The notes beneath the pieces are model-generated. The model was given only the letters and a program-made list of their open reading frames with translations, was not told the origin of the DNA and made no database searches. 64,000 nt of DNA, from NCBI RefSeq assembly GCF_006345805.1, contig NC_043013.1, positions 29,450,001 through 29,514,000 of the forward strand. The letters run 5' to 3'. The first letter of the stretch is position 1. Every line of letters starts with the position of its first letter. The stretch is from Octopus sinensis (Eukaryota). Positions 50,320-64,000 of this stretch are shown in pieces. Made by a program: the position numbers and the translations under genes.

Positions 50320-51913
50320 CAGTTGCGGCAAAATGTTCAGAACGGCATTGTTTCGTTAGAAAAGTAAGTATAAGTTTTTATCAAAGTTATTTTTTATTCT
50401 ATATTTTCACAAACAATAAATACAATGTTAGTTGTTATTGTCTGATATTTTGGTGTAATTTGAGAGGATAATACAAAATTTATGGATGATTTAGTGATTT
50501 ACTGCAAAATCCATGGCGGCCAAAATGATCAGTACGGTTGAAAAAATAACAAAATAATCAAAAATGACAGAGAATACTGGAATTATTTAATATTTAGTGT
50601 GAAGCCCTTTAGCTTCAACCACACTCTGACATCTTCGACTGCATGAGGAAATTAAATTTTCAATTTCTTGCTGGTTGATCGTATTCCATTCTTCCTGAAG
50701 GGCATTCCATAATTGCTCAGTTGTTTTAGGATTTCTGGCTTTCGAACGTTCTCCTAGAATATTCCACACATTTTCAATAGGATTGAGATTTGGGCTTTGA
50801 GCAGGCCAATCCATAACAATAACCTTTTCAGCCTTGAGGAAGTTCATGACCACCTTAGCCTTGTGACATGGGGCATTGTCCTGCATGAATATGGGTGGTC
50901 GCTTAGTTGAATTTCTCAGCACAGGCAAGACATGATCTTTTACAAGTTGTTTATAAACTCCTGCATTTACCTTTCCATGTAATCGCATCAAAGGACCCAC
51001 ACCATCTCAAGATATCATCCCCCAAACCATGACACTTCCTCCACCGAATTTAACACTAGTCTTAAGGCATTTAGGCGAGAATTTTTCACCTACTTTTCTA
51101 CGAACGTACCTATTCCCATCTGAGCCAAATAACATAAACTTAGATTCATCACTGAAATGCACCGTTTGCCATTTTTCTTGAGACCACAACACATGTTCGG
51201 TTGCAAAGGTAAGACGACACTTTTTATTCTTGGAGCTGATAAGTGGCTTCACTGCAGGTGCTCTTGCTTGTAGGTCATGTTCAACTAAACGACGAGATAA
51301 AGTTTTCTTCAATACAATGCTCATTTTCCGAGAAACAGCACAGCAGTTTTAAATCTGTCCTTTTTAACCAACTTTACCATAGCACGATCTTCTCTCTTGG
51401 TCGTTTTTCTTGGCCTACCTGTAAACTCTCTTGCTTCACACGAGCCACAATCATCGTAGACCTTAAGAATACCGTATACAACACTTTTTGACTTGTTAAC
51501 AATCTTTGCAATAGATCCAATACTTAAATTATCCTTCCTTCGAAGCTTAATAATCTGCTGACGAATTGGTAACGGAGTAAGTGGCATTATATTAACAAAG
51601 TACACTGCAAATATTCTTACTAATGTTTAGTAAACGAACCGTCACGTAAACAAATTCAAAAGATTAGAGTTCGCCGGTTAAATATACTAAAACACGGAGT
51701 AAAAGCAACCGTTCTGATCATTTTGGTCGCCATGGGTTTTGCATCCATAACTTTTGTATTATCCTCTCAAATTACACCAAACTCTCAGGCAATAACAAAT
51801 AATATTGTATTCATTGTCTGTGAAAATTATAGAATATAAAACAACTTTGATAATAAATTATATCTACTTTTCTGACGAAAACAATACCGTTCTGAACATT
51901 TTGGCCGCCACTG
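50320..51913 (-). mobile_element. Tc1 transposon copy 2, full length with TA target sites
   Basis: TA|CAGTTGCGGCAAAATGTTCAGAACGG ... CCGTTCTGAACATTTTGGCCGCCACTG|TA; ~210-bp TIRs with inner repeat GGCGGCCAAAATGATCAG; transposase 50587-51605 broken by frameshift and stop. Confidence 0.95.
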
Positions 51914-52723
51914 TATGTAAGCAGGCATATAGGCGAAGAATATCATCCAGAATGCATCCGACCTAAAATTAAGCACAGTGGTGGAAGTGTGATGGTGTGG
52001 GGTTGAATGTCTGGTAATGGCGTCGGTCCTATAATCCGATTCAAGGGCATTATGCATAGTAAGTCCTATCTAGAAATATTGGATAAGACTATGCTTTCAT
52101 ACGCCCGAAAACATTTGGGCCGGTCTTGGACTTTCCAGCATGACAACGACAAGAAACACACCTCGCACCTAGTCAGAGATTACATTAGGTCTAAGAGAGT
52201 TCGGTTGATGCAGTGGCCGGCGCAGTAGCCTGACCTAAATCCTATCGAGAATCTTTGGGAGAGGTTGGGTAGGGCTGTACAAAGTAGTAAGCCAAAGAAT
52301 AAGGGTAATTTTTAAACGTTATTAGCCAAAGCTAGGAGAAAATCTCAGGAACAGTGATAAATGATCTGAACAATTCTATGTTTCGCAGATGCAAAGCTGT
52401 ATTAAGTAATTTTGGATACTAATTGTGTGAGTTTATTAGTATTATTTTTTTTTTTATCTTAGAATAAACTTTTTAAAGCAGAAAAATGAAATTTTACAAA
52501 TCGTTCTTAAATTAAATGGCGCTATAAATTACGATAATTAAATTTATTTTTAATCTAAAATTAACGTATTGATATTACGCTGTAAAGTTGTACACCATAT
52601 TAAAGCTCGTGAAAGTTTCTTTATTTTGACATAAATCTTAATTCACAATTTACAACTTGAATATATAAAAAGTGCCATTTTATCAAAAGTATACTAGCAT
52701 TCTTAAATTAAACGGTGCCACTG
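51914..52723 (+). mobile_element. 3' half of a different Tc1 family
   Basis: KHSGGSVMVWG, FQHDNDKKHTS, WPAQ.PDLNPIENLW; terminus ...GTGCCACTG|TA at 52723. Confidence 0.8.
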
Positions 52724-53823
52724 TACCTTTCATCAAATTTCAGAAAATTCCGAACATCAATAATGCCAGATGGGATTCGAAGCAATCTTAGCCCTTGTTG
52801 CATTTTCCCTCACGTCATCTGTAAGAAAGATTGCATTTGGTCTGCCAGCTCATTTCATATGACTGGATGGACCACTGGTTCACTGACCAAATGCATAAAG
52901 CCGAAGATTATGCAGACCGCAAGCCTTACTACCCTACAAGACTGCTTTGAAATGCTTGACAAATCACTGGAATTAAGAGCCATCAAAACTAAACATCACC
53001 GGAAGCAATCAATGCTGTGAGCGAGCAATTAAGGTCATGCAAGAACTATACGCCATATGCAAGAACAAAGCCAACCTGCTATTGCGTTTCGTTCTCTCTA
53101 ATGACTTGCCGCAACTTGACTATTGACTAATTTGACTTTATAGGACTTACCTTCTTTTTATTGTTCTTGAACGCAGAATACAGTTCTTTTAACATTCACG
53201 GATCTTTTGGATCTTTTCCCATTTTCGTTTATTATTCATCAAGGGTTCTAGTTTTGGGAAATCCACCCAAATGTAACCGAGTGTTAAAAATTTCAATGTT
53301 AGTCATGGGTGAACTTTTCGATCAAATACTAAAAAAAACATTAATTTTCATTGCTTTCTAGCAAACGCTCATCAGAATCTGATACATGACTATGGAGTTG
53401 AAAAAGAGTTGTATCTCTGGTGTACATATACATTACATTTTGCTCGATTTGATCTTCGATCGTTATCGAGTAATATCTTATTGTTGAGTGTATACACAAT
53501 ACTAGACTAGTTTCGAATGACAAATTTTTATCCCTAAACGTGTCTAATAGCATTGTTATTCACTAAGCCTCTGGCACATGTAACCCCATAAATCTTATCA
53601 ATTAATCATCTCATACATTTCACCTTTTGAATTTTTTTTTTTGTTGCCTTTTTACTTGTCTCAGTCGCTAGACTGCGGCCATACTGGGGCACTACCTTGA
53701 ATGGTGTAGCTGAACAAATTTACGCCGGTAGTAGTGTTTAAAAGTCTTGTACTTATATCTTTCTCTTTTGTTGAATAAATCAACACTGTTTAATAAGCGG
53801 GGGGGGGGCACAAATACACAGAA

Positions 53824-53883
<60 letters not shown>

Positions 53884-54048
53884 GCAGCCCGACTTTTTTT
53901 TAACCCAATGTAAATATTGGGTCTTTCAACTCAATATTTACATGCTACCATATATAGGTTTGTGAGTGCTTCGAGATACACTATCCCCAAATGGATTTTG
54001 TCACTTTCTCTCGGAAGCTTATAAATTCTTATGACGTTAACGTTATAT

Positions 54049-54110
<62 letters not shown>

Positions 54111-54264
54111 CACACATCTGTATATGATGGGCTTCAACATAGATTCCATCTTATATATTCACTCACTAGGCATTGGTCAGCGCAAGGGTTGACTAGCTAC
54201 CGTTCAATGGGGCTTCACCCGCAACCATGTGGTTGGAAAGCAAGCTTTTTAACCACACCGCCAT

Positions 54265-54562
54265 TGTTTGTTCTTTCTCGAACCACGCCTGATTCATAGG
54301 GCCGGTTTCCCGTTTTCCTTGGCGTATAGGTTCCCCACTTGGACGGGACGCCGTCTCAAGTGAGCTGCATGATGCAGGAGGAAAAAGTGAGAGAAAGTTG
54401 TGGCGAAAGAGTCAGCAGAAGTTCGCCATTACCTTCTGCCGGATCCGCGTGGAGCTTAGGTGTTTTGCTCATAAACAAACACATCGCCCGGTCTGAGATT
54501 CGAACCCGCCTTCCCTCGACCGTGAATCCGCTGCTCTAGCCACTAGGCCATGTGCCTCCACA
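54265..54562 (-). mobile_element. tRNA-derived SINE, same family as 2741-3027
   Basis: High similarity to 2741-3027. Confidence 0.85.
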
Positions 54563-54946
54563 CCCACACTGCCATACGTTAGTCAAATTAAGAATGCGTT
54601 CATTAGTTTATAACACGGTATAAATACATTAAATTTTGAAAACATGAGAATTGGAAACTTTCACAGTTATGGTTTTTCCCATTTTAAGGGGATCATGTGA
54701 ATGTGACGTTGTGGCGATCATGCCTTTCTCTCCTCTGGTGATTGCTGGAATAAGTAAGGCATTGTCATTAACTGTGTCTCGAAATCTGTTGTAAAAATGT
54801 TATTTCCGGGAGTTTATTATAATGTGATATGGGATGCTCGCCTATTATATTTATATCTTCATATAGTTTTTAATAGATTAGGCAAAATGAGGAAATGCAG
54901 CTTTTATGGCCATTTCAGGGTCTCCAACTCTTGTAGGAGAAAGGAA

Positions 54947-55386
54947 GTATCTTTTCGGCTTGACCGGCAGTTTTTTCTAGCGGTGTCATATGAAATTGTC
55001 ACCCATAATTATGACACTAGTATCGATCTATTGCATTTCAATCTGTTTTAGGGTTAGGGTTAGGATTAGGGTTAGTTAGGGTTAGGGGTGGGAGGAAGGG
55101 TATCTTTTTTTCTTCAGAAATGTAAATAAACCCAATCTGTTTCTTAAACGAGGGACATATTCATACGGCACAGAATGTGTTCACCTCAATAGACGTCATT
55201 CATTGGTTGAAATTGCAGAAATTGAAAAAAAACAAAAACAAATATCTTACAAACTATAGAATTTTCTCAATAAAGCCAAGAGAAAAAGATGTTTTATAAA
55301 TACATTCTACCAGTATACGAAGTTTAAAAGTGTTTAGTTACGTGGAAATTATTTTAAAAAAACTGCCGGTCAAACCGAAAAGATCC
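54947..55386. mobile_element. MITE (~440 bp) with ~30-bp TIRs, 8-bp TSD and internal (TTAGGG)n
   Basis: GTATCTTTTCGGCTTGACCGGCAGTTTTTT vs AAAAAACTGCCGGTCAAACCGAAAAGATCC; GAAAGGAA at 54939-54946 and 55387-55394. Confidence 0.85.
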
Positions 55387-56800
55387 GAAAGGAAGAAATT
55401 TATCCTTTGATAGGAGACTGATCTGGAATGCTTTAAACAAAGTGGATTGGGTTACTCCCCACCAAATCCTTGTGGTGATGTTAAACCGAGGGACGTTCTA
55501 AGCCATAATAAAAGCTTCAAAAATTAAGCAAAATCTGGAAAGTGTCCCCCTAGTCCAGTCCTGGTTATTAGGATTTACTAAACGAAGTTTGATCGACATG
55601 TGAATATGGGAGAAGACATTTGCCGAAGTTGGCACGCAATGGGATTGAACCTGAAGCGACGCAGCTACGAAGTGAAGTTCTTAACTACACAACTAATATT
55701 GCACCATGAATTTCGTTATAGGAGAGTGGAGGAAAACATTAGCAATTAAAAGTAGCATCAAAAGCTGAAGCGAATTCGATTTAATTGGAAATCGATAGTG
55801 GAATTATTGCTATGAACTCACATGGAAGATTATAGAACAAAAAAAAAATGAATTTGTTTTAATAATCTGAATTCGAAACCTGGCCGCTTTAATTCACACT
55901 CGTCGTCATTCACCTGTTGTTATCTTGTTATCTTGCAACAGCAAATGTAAACACAGCCACTGCTTCTTAGCAATGAGCTGATTGTAACGATACGATTACG
56001 CCATGTCAACGACCTCTTTCTTTAGCGCTTTGACCTCTTTTGCTATTCACTTGCATTTAAGAGCAATTTTGTTTTGTTTTCCCGCACGTTTATTTTCGCT
56101 TACACTGTACTACTTTCTTTATTTTCTCTCTTTCTTTCTTCCTTTCTTTTTTCCTTTCTTTCTTTTCTTTATTTCTGTTTGGTTTCGTTGTCTCAACTTC
56201 TCACCTCCCATCTCTCCTCTTCCTTCAGCTCACGTCGGTGTTCTCAATTAAATCTTTGTATTTTCTTTTCATTTTTGGCAAGTTAATTTGAAATAAATTT
56301 CTGTTATTTTCCTTTACCGATTAAAAAAAAAAACCTACAAATTGTTTCGGTTTTTTATTTTGATTCTTCGTATTTTTATCGAGACGAAATATTGCGACGT
56401 ATCAAAAAACATAAGAAAGCGAAAATGCTAGTAATGATGATAATAATTCTAATTTCGGCACAAGGTCAGCAGTTTTGAGGTAGACAGGAGGAGAGCCGAT
56501 TGCGTTGGTCCCCAGTGTTCAACTGGTACTTATTTTATTGACCGTGAAAAGGTGGGAGGCAAAGCCAACTTCGGCGGAATATGAACTGAGAACGTAAAGA
56601 CGGACGAAGTGCCGCTAAGCATTTCGTTCGATTCTATTATACTACTTTCTTTATTCTCTACCAGCTTGTCGCCTTATAGTAAATTTTCTACCAGCTTGTT
56701 GCTTTATAGTTTCTTTATTGGCCACAAGGGCATACCACATACAATACATAACGTTGTGATATAAAATGATTACAAATGAACATGTTGGAATGTATGTATA

Positions 56801-57188
56801 TTCTTTTTCTACTCTAGGCACAAGGTTCAAAATTTTGCGGGAGGAGGTCAGTCGATTGGATCGACCCCAGTACGTAACTGGTACTTAATTTATCGACCCC
56901 GAAAGGATAAAAGGCAAAGTCGATCTCATCGGAATTTGAACTCAAACAAAATACGTATTTCTTTACTACCCACAAGGGACTAAACACAGAGGGGGGAAAA
57001 AAAGGACAGACAAACGGATTAAGTCGATTATATCGACCCCAGTGCGTAACTGGTACTTATTTAATCGACCCCGAAAGGATGAAAGGCAAAGTCGACCTCG
57101 GCGGAATTTGAACTCGGAACGTAACGGCCGACGAAATACTGCTACGCATTTCGCCCGGCGTGCTAATGTTTCTGCCAGCTCACCGCCT
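56801..57188 (-). mobile_element. SINE family B (compound)
   Basis: Head AGGCGGTGAGCTGGCAGAAAC on minus; flanked by TTGGAATGTATGTA repeats. Confidence 0.8.
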
Positions 57189-57201
57189 TGGAATGTATGT
57201 A

Positions 57202-57545
57202 CAGGGTAAAAACCCCCTTCGGTCATGAATGACCATGGGATTGCACCTAGAAAGTTACCCTCCTAGACGCAAGTCCGGGCAAGGTTGTTTATGGAAGACC
57301 AGCAGTCGCCCATGCATACCAGCCTCCCCTCTCCACGCCACCAGTGTTATCCAAGGGAAAGACAAAGGTCGATGCAGCTTGGCACCAGTGACGTCGCAAC
57401 TCATTTCTACAGCTGAGTGAACTGGAGCAACGTGAAATAAAGTGCCTTGCTCAAGAACACAACACGCAGCCCGGTCCGGGATTCGAGCTCACAACCTCAC
57501 GATCGTAAGCTCGACGCTCTAACCACTGAGCCATGCGCCTTCACA
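57202..57545 (-). mobile_element. tRNA-derived SINE family C with 12-bp TSD
   Basis: Head GTGAAGGCGCATGGCTCAGTGGTTAGAGC on minus; GGAATGTATGTA at 57190-57201 and 57546-57557; another copy at 60419-60730(+). Confidence 0.85.
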
Positions 57546-58228
57546 GGAATGTATGTATATTATAAAATAACAGGAAGGTCAAAATATAATAGAAGATGAA
57601 AATAAAAATGGACTGAAATTTACAGCCACAGAAGATATTCAGGAGGACAAGGATACTTCAAAATTTTACACTGTCTTCTCACACCTTCGACCAAGGTCTC
57701 TTTTTAAAACCCTGTATATATATAATATCATAATACTTTTATCAAGTTTCTCTTGCGCTCTGTTTGGCCATGTGACTTAAGAAGTCCACTTCGTAATCAT
57801 GCCGTTCTGAGCTCAATCCAGCTGTCCTTCATCTTTAAAAATGTGTCTTTTTACATAACATTTGGTCGACTAAAACCTTATGGGTGGAATTTGATAAACG
57901 GAAACAACGTCGAAATCCGTCGTGAAACTATATGTGTGCCTAAAATTTTTTACCGCGCATCGGGAAAAAAAAATGCAAAGATTACTGAAAAAACTGGAGC
58001 TCTTAGATAATGATCCACCGAGTTACAATCGGAAATGCAATGAACTGATGATCTGCCGGTTGGGAACCTCTAATTAACAACACTGTCCTTCACAAATTGT
58101 TACGTAAAATAAATAAATAAATTAATTAATTAATTAATATATGGATAAAGTCAACCTTAGACAATAAAAAAGTGATCATGAAAGAAACTCTTCATTAATC
58201 CACGAATTATTATAATGATTTGAACAGA

Positions 58229-58630
58229 GGCGAAGGAGTGGATGTGTGGTAAGTAGCTTGCTTACCAACCACGTGGTTCCGAGTTCAGTCCCACAGTGTG
58301 ACACCTTGGGCAAGTGTCTTCTACTATAACCTCGGGCCGATGAAAACCTTGTGAATGAATTTCGTAGACGGAAACTGAAAGAAGCCCGTCGTATTCGTGT
58401 GTATTAGTTTGTGTGTCTGTGTTTATTCCGCCAACATCGCTTGACAACCGATGCTGGTGTGTTTACGTCCCCATAACATAGCAGTTCGGCAAAAGAGACC
58501 AGACCGATAGAATAAGTACTAGGCTTACAAAGAATAAGTCCTGGCGTCAATTTGTTCGACTAAAGGCGGTGCCCCGGCATGGCCGCAGTCAAATGACTGA
58601 ATCAAGTAAAAGCTTAAAAGAATAAAAAGA
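58229..58630 (+). mobile_element. SINE family A, full length
   Basis: Matches 1290-1677. Confidence 0.85.
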
Positions 58631-58905
58631 TCAATACAATAATTACATTAAGCGATGAAGTACGTAACCTAAAGAAAGACAATCATATATCAAGAACAAA
58701 CAGCATCCGCATTTTGTCAACATAATATGGCTGCTATATTGTCTTAGTATTATTGGGGCTTTCTGTTTTAAACTGTATATCGTCTCAAATATACAGAACT
58801 GTGGTATGTTTGGAAAAAATTTCGATAATCATTCTATTCCATGTTTTTTTTTTAAGCGTATTTTCTTAGTTTGATTTAATAACGACTCGCTTTATAGGAA
58901 AATAA

Positions 58906-58981
<76 letters not shown>

Positions 58982-59425
58982 TTCTGCTCAATACTACAGA
59001 TTTGCTTGTCAGTTGTTTGACCTTAACCAGTTGACCATGTCCCTTAGTGGCTGACGATATGTTCATCTCTGATCATAGGCAGAAGTAGTGGGGGAGCATC
59101 ATAGCCGTGTGTTGAAAGGAATTCTTGAAGGTTTGGATAATTCACCTTTGGAAACATGGGTGGTTCGTTCAACAGCCTTAAACAACCCTTATTCGGGGAC
59201 CTTTTGAACGGGATGGGTTACTCGACCAGACGAAAATTCTAACTGGGCCTCACCTGTAAGGTCATGAGCTCTTTATCTTGATATGAGATCACCATGTCAT
59301 GCACATATGGTTGTGATGCATGTGCCTAGTGTACCCTTATCAGACGGGTTGTCATGATGGGTATACTGGGCTTCGTATATTTTACCTCAGTGTCACTTTG
59401 ATGGCAAGCACTGCTCTCTCACTCA
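58982..59425. mobile_element. ~440-bp non-coding element embedded in (TAA)n
   Basis: Sharp (TAA)n boundaries on both sides; internal hairpin CCTAGTGTACCC/GGGTATACTGGG; unclassified. Confidence 0.45.
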
Positions 59426-60199
59426 ATAATAATAATAATAGTAATAAAGTTGTTTTCTATACCTGTGAAAGCCTTTCCAACATTGTTTATATTCTTGTAT
59501 AATGTTATTATTTTTCCAGTTGTCAACTAGTCTCTTAGAGAGTATAGATGTGAGGGATTGGTATATTATTGACAAATATAATATCAGTCCGTAGATATAG
59601 AGTTTCCTAGTATTTTTGTTTTACATCAATTGATATGACTAAAACATGCGAAATTCTGTAGCAGGTAGTTAGTACAAGGGAGACAATAAATTTCCTCACA
59701 ATATTTGGCGGAATTTGAAGTTTAAATATGAAATTAGAAGTAAGAAGATGCACAGAATATGTGTGCTTTATATGTAAGGATTTTTTGCTTACTTCTTAAT
59801 GATAAACATCAAATTTCTACAGATTGATATATAATGATTAAATATTTTAAACAGAAATTACAATCATTATTAACCCCTTAGGCGCTAGCATTCTCGGTTG
59901 CGTTGGTAAATCACTGTTAGGTACCGCTTGGATTTCGAAAATTAGCCAAAGCTCATTTCGACAAACCAAATTACGTATTTGGTGTGTGTTTGTGCGTGCG
60001 CGTGTGTGTGTGTATCCACAAGTTTTTTTTTCATTCTCTGTGTTTATTTTCTCTTATCCCTTTCTGTTGAAGAGCGTAGGCTCGAAATTTTTCCCTGAGC
60101 ATCAAACTAATACACTTGCTTGTTGTTCATACACCTATCTTTGTCTTTAGTTTTTCTGTAAATTTCAACTATGTATATATATGTATGTACGTATGGACT

Positions 60200-60245
<46 letters not shown>

Positions 60246-60418
60246 CCATACGTACATACATATACATACATACATACATACATACGTACATACATATACA
60301 TACATACATACATACATACATACATACATACATACATACATACATACATACATACAAACACAGACACACAAACATACAAACACACACATAAACACACACA
60401 TATATATATATATATATA

Positions 60419-60730
60419 GTGAAGGCGCGTGGCTCAGTGGTTAGAGCGTTGGGCTTGCAATCATGGTGGTAGTGAGTTCGATTCCCGGACCGGACAGTGT
60501 TGTGTTCTTGAGCAAGACATTTTATTTAACGTGGTTCCAGTTCACTCAGCTGCAGAAACGTGTTGCGATGTCACTGGTACCAAGCTGTAACGGCGTTTGC
60601 CTTTCCCCTGGATAACATCGGTGGTGTGGAGATGGAAGGCCGATATACATGGGCGACCGCTGGTCTTCCATAAAACAACCTTGCCCGGCTTTGTGCCTCG
60701 GAGGGTAACTTTCCAGATGCAATCAGTTTT
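60419..60730 (+). mobile_element. tRNA-derived SINE family C
   Basis: A-box TGGCTCAGTGG, B-box AGTTCGATTCC; similar to 57202-57545. Confidence 0.85.
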
Positions 60731-60833
60731 GTGAAGGCACATATATATATTAGATAGAATGAGATAAATCCAAGGCTGTGAAGAGTTTTCTTGACATTTA
60801 TAATGAAACAGTCTTATAACTGTTTCTGGGATA

Positions 60834-61339
60834 TCTATATATATAAAACTCTAGTTGTGTGAGTGTCTGTCCCCTTCGATTTAGATTCCTAACTCCTCCC
60901 ACATTTTGCAGTGCAGTTTAACCAAATTCGGGTATCTTATAGTCGTGATTCATATCGAGCCCGTCTGACTATTAGCGCGCGTTAACGATGAGTCTACGAT
61001 TTTAAAAATAATTTAACATCATTTTTCATTCCATTTTAATGCATAAAATGCATCGTGTGTCGATGGCGGCGGAGTTGGCGTCCACGCTCACAGTTGCACC
61101 TGTTTGCTTCTCCCCCTTCCCTCCCTCGTGAAGCTGTGGGGAAGGGAGTGTAAAGAAATCAACGTCGTAATGCGTTGTGAAGGAAACCAGCGTTCTTTTA
61201 GAACAACGACTTCATGGCTTGAAGACACCAAAACAAAAATGGCTAAGAAAGCCCGAATTTATAAGGGAAGTAACTCTCTAAAAATGCTTATATAGTTATT
61301 TCCCTTACAAACCCGAGCAACGCCGGGCGATACTGCTAG
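60834..61339 (+). mobile_element. Non-autonomous Helitron (~505 bp)
   Basis: A|TCTATATATATAAAA 5' end; subterminal hairpin CCCGAGCAACGCCGGG followed by CTAG|T; no TSD. Confidence 0.8.
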
Positions 61340-61362
61340 TTATGTATATATTTCTCTGTGTG

Positions 61363-61406
<44 letters not shown>

Positions 61407-62806
61407 ACAGCAACATTAACGCCATAATTTCCATATTCCTCTTACATACATAGCTTACGGAAATAAATTAAAAGAAAATCATAGGGTTTCAAAATGGCAG
61501 AATAGTTAGCATGCCCGGCAAAATGTTGAGCGGTATTTCATCTGTCTTCATCTTGAAATTCCACCGAGGTCCACTTTGCTTTTCATCCTTTTAAAGTCGA
61601 TAAAATAAGTACCTGTTGAACACTGGGGTTGATATAATCGATTTAATCCCTCCCTCTGAATTTTCTTGCCTTCTGCCAAAAGTTGAAACCAATAAATTAA
61701 AAGAAAATCAATACAGTAAAACATTGAATTTTATTAAAAGAACGCTGGCCTAAAGGCTTCGTTGTCTCTTGTTTTATCCTCGTGTATTTTGTTTCCAAAC
61801 TTCACTTCATCGCTCAGTCTAGCTTGTCTTGATTTCAGAATCGGTAAAATAAATATATGAAATATACTGAGGTAAGCTGTGTAGAAGCTGGATGCTGGAG
61901 TGAGCCAAATGATATTATAACAAGCAACAAGGCAGCACTGACGACAATTTTCAGGGCCTTGGAGATTGGTTGATGCAAGGAAGGAAGTTCTCATATTGAA
62001 GACTAGTCCAAAAGATTACAACAAAGTGGACTCTGCTGAAGGAACCCCTGGGCTAGATTGTAGTGTCAAACCGAAGGATTAATTAAATCTATCACACAAC
62101 GAATAAGAATCGCCTATCTAAGCGGCATGCGCATAACAGTTTCTGTCTACCAAATTTCACACAAATGGCGTTAGTTAATACGAAACTATGCTAAAACAAT
62201 TATTTAGGGTACCGAGGTGTTGCAGCAAGGAGAAACAACAGGCTTACAAAGCGAACATCTTAATCACATAGCCATGCATATGTTCCTGTCCGAGGATATT
62301 GGCAATTTACTTTTCTCCCAGTCTCACGGGAAAAAAAGGAAACAAATTGTATCACAAATTGCTATTGAATCAGTCTTTAACAAATTGAAATACAAAACCT
62401 GTATCACTGGGGTTTGAACTCAAAGCGGTGTAACGCAGAAGAAACTAACCTTGAACCGAAGCTTTTTTATCACCGCTATTTTCTGTTAAAGTCACGACCA
62501 TTTCCAACGTTCCTCAATAAGTAGAATTACAGCGGAACTACGAAACGTATGTGACCTTCACTTCATATTTCATTTTCGCAAGTTACATATAATTTGCGTC
62601 ACATTTTAACCCCCTATAATTCCGTATGTCTTGTTTCCTTCTCTTCTTGTTTAGTTGAAAAATAATTCTACAATTACGATTGTTAACATGTCTTACTTGG
62701 CGAAATAACCTGTTAGTTAACAACCATTATACGAGTTAACCTAGTTATATTTTATTTCGCTAAAAACAACTAAAATACTACAGAAACAGCATTCTTAAAA
62801 AATACA

Positions 62807-62841
<35 letters not shown>

Positions 62842-63057
62842 TTAGACTTCTAAAGTAATCATATGTTGTAATTTTTTAAATGAGTTATAGTTATAATAGT
62901 TAGAAACTTTTTGATGTGCCAAATCTTCAGTCATCTTCACATGCCCTATTTCAGGCATGTAAAATAATAGCTCTAAGCTCAAAGTCAGCCTACACTCCCC
63001 ACTCTCTCGCTTTCTCATGTGTGTATGTGTGTGTTTTATTATTATTATTATTATTAC

Positions 63058-63112
<55 letters not shown>

Positions 63113-63179
63113 TTATTATTATTATTATCATTATTATTATTATTATCGTTATTATTGTATTAAAACTCACAGCTTTTAT

Positions 63180-63756
63180 TACTAGATATGATGGAAAGTG
63201 TCAGCTGTCCACAGCCAGCAGACAAAGGTGACATTTGTTTTACTGGTCATGCTTCAAGAACCCTGCGGAGAATTCTTGCCGTTCAAAGCAACGCAGATTT
63301 TTGTAGGTGTTTTACCTTCACACTTGCACTAATCTTTTTCAGCTGTGCTGGTAGTTGAATGTTGATACTTCCAAGTGTACCAATTACTATTGGCACCACG
63401 TCTACTCTCTTCATTGACCACAAATTTCGTGTTTCTCACTTCAAATTGTCATAGTTGTTATTTTTCCTTCTTCTTTCACATTGATCTTCTTGTCACTGGA
63501 GCATGCCATGTCGATTATCATACATGTTCTTTCTTTAATATTCACCACAACATTGTCCGGTTTCCGATTCTAGTCAGGTGATCGCGCTAGATCATTGCAT
63601 CCCACAGGATTTTACAATTCTCATTTTCGCTGACTCCTTCTGGGGTTTGCTCATACCACGTCTTTGCTCTTTGTAGACCGTAATTTCTATAGAGCTTCCA
63701 ATGGATCATTCTTGCCATATAGTCATGGCTTCTTTTGTATTCACGTTGTGCCAATT
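63180..63756 (-). mobile_element. Decayed R4/Dong-like 3' fragment next to (TAA)n
   Basis: Minus-strand reading RSHDYMARMIHWKLYRNYGL..KTWYEQTP, KILWD, NRKPD, VPIVI.TL. Confidence 0.65.
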
Positions 63757-64000
63757 CGGCCTCGGCCGAATTTGAGCACAGACGTAGCGGTAGACGAAAT
63801 ACCTATTTCTTTACTACCCACAAGGGGCTAAACACAGAGGGGACAAACAAGGACAGACAAACAGATTAAGTCCATTATATCGACTCCAGTGTGTGGCTGG
63901 TACTTATTTAATCGACCCCGAAAGGATGAAAGGCAAAGTCGACCTCGGCGGAATTTGAACTCAGAACGTAGTGGCAGACGAAATACCGCTGAACATTTCG
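63757..64000 (-). mobile_element. SINE family B, cut by the window edge
   Basis: Matches 56950-57150. Confidence 0.8.

Noticed and set aside
55860-56060. Unique sequence with TGTAAACA, CTTTGA, TGACCT and CACCTG motifs as an enhancer
   Set aside because: Short motifs are expected by chance; needs conservation or chromatin data.
60419-60495. Functional tRNA genes at SINE heads
   Set aside because: A and B boxes continue into SINE bodies with no acceptor-stem closure or terminator.

Overview
This is AT-rich, microsatellite-dense animal genomic DNA with no recognisable host protein-coding exon. The tRNA-derived SINE families and repeat landscape resemble an octopus (cephalopod) genome, which is an inference from pattern recognition. 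Conventional content: R4/Dong-, RTE-, CR1- and Tx1/L1-type LINE relics, a frameshifted Penelope-like RT+GIY-YIG element (27977-32215, minus), four Tc1 copies or fragments, hAT relics, a short Helitron, a TTAGGG-containing MITE and many SINEs. The most striking feature is a set of unrelated non-coding elements, most of them next to (TA)n, that carry hammerhead ribozyme (HHR) motifs. They occur as head-to-tail arrays (a ~588-bp unit with five canonical minimal type I HHRs; a ~722-bp unit with what looks like a non-circularly permuted, pseudoknotted HHR) or as long inverted duplications (8139-8525, 9062-9257, ~20955-22429). An ORF1-only zinc-knuckle retroelement with a 19-bp TSD is nested in the 722-bp array. 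All base pairing was read by eye; no folding or database search was run.
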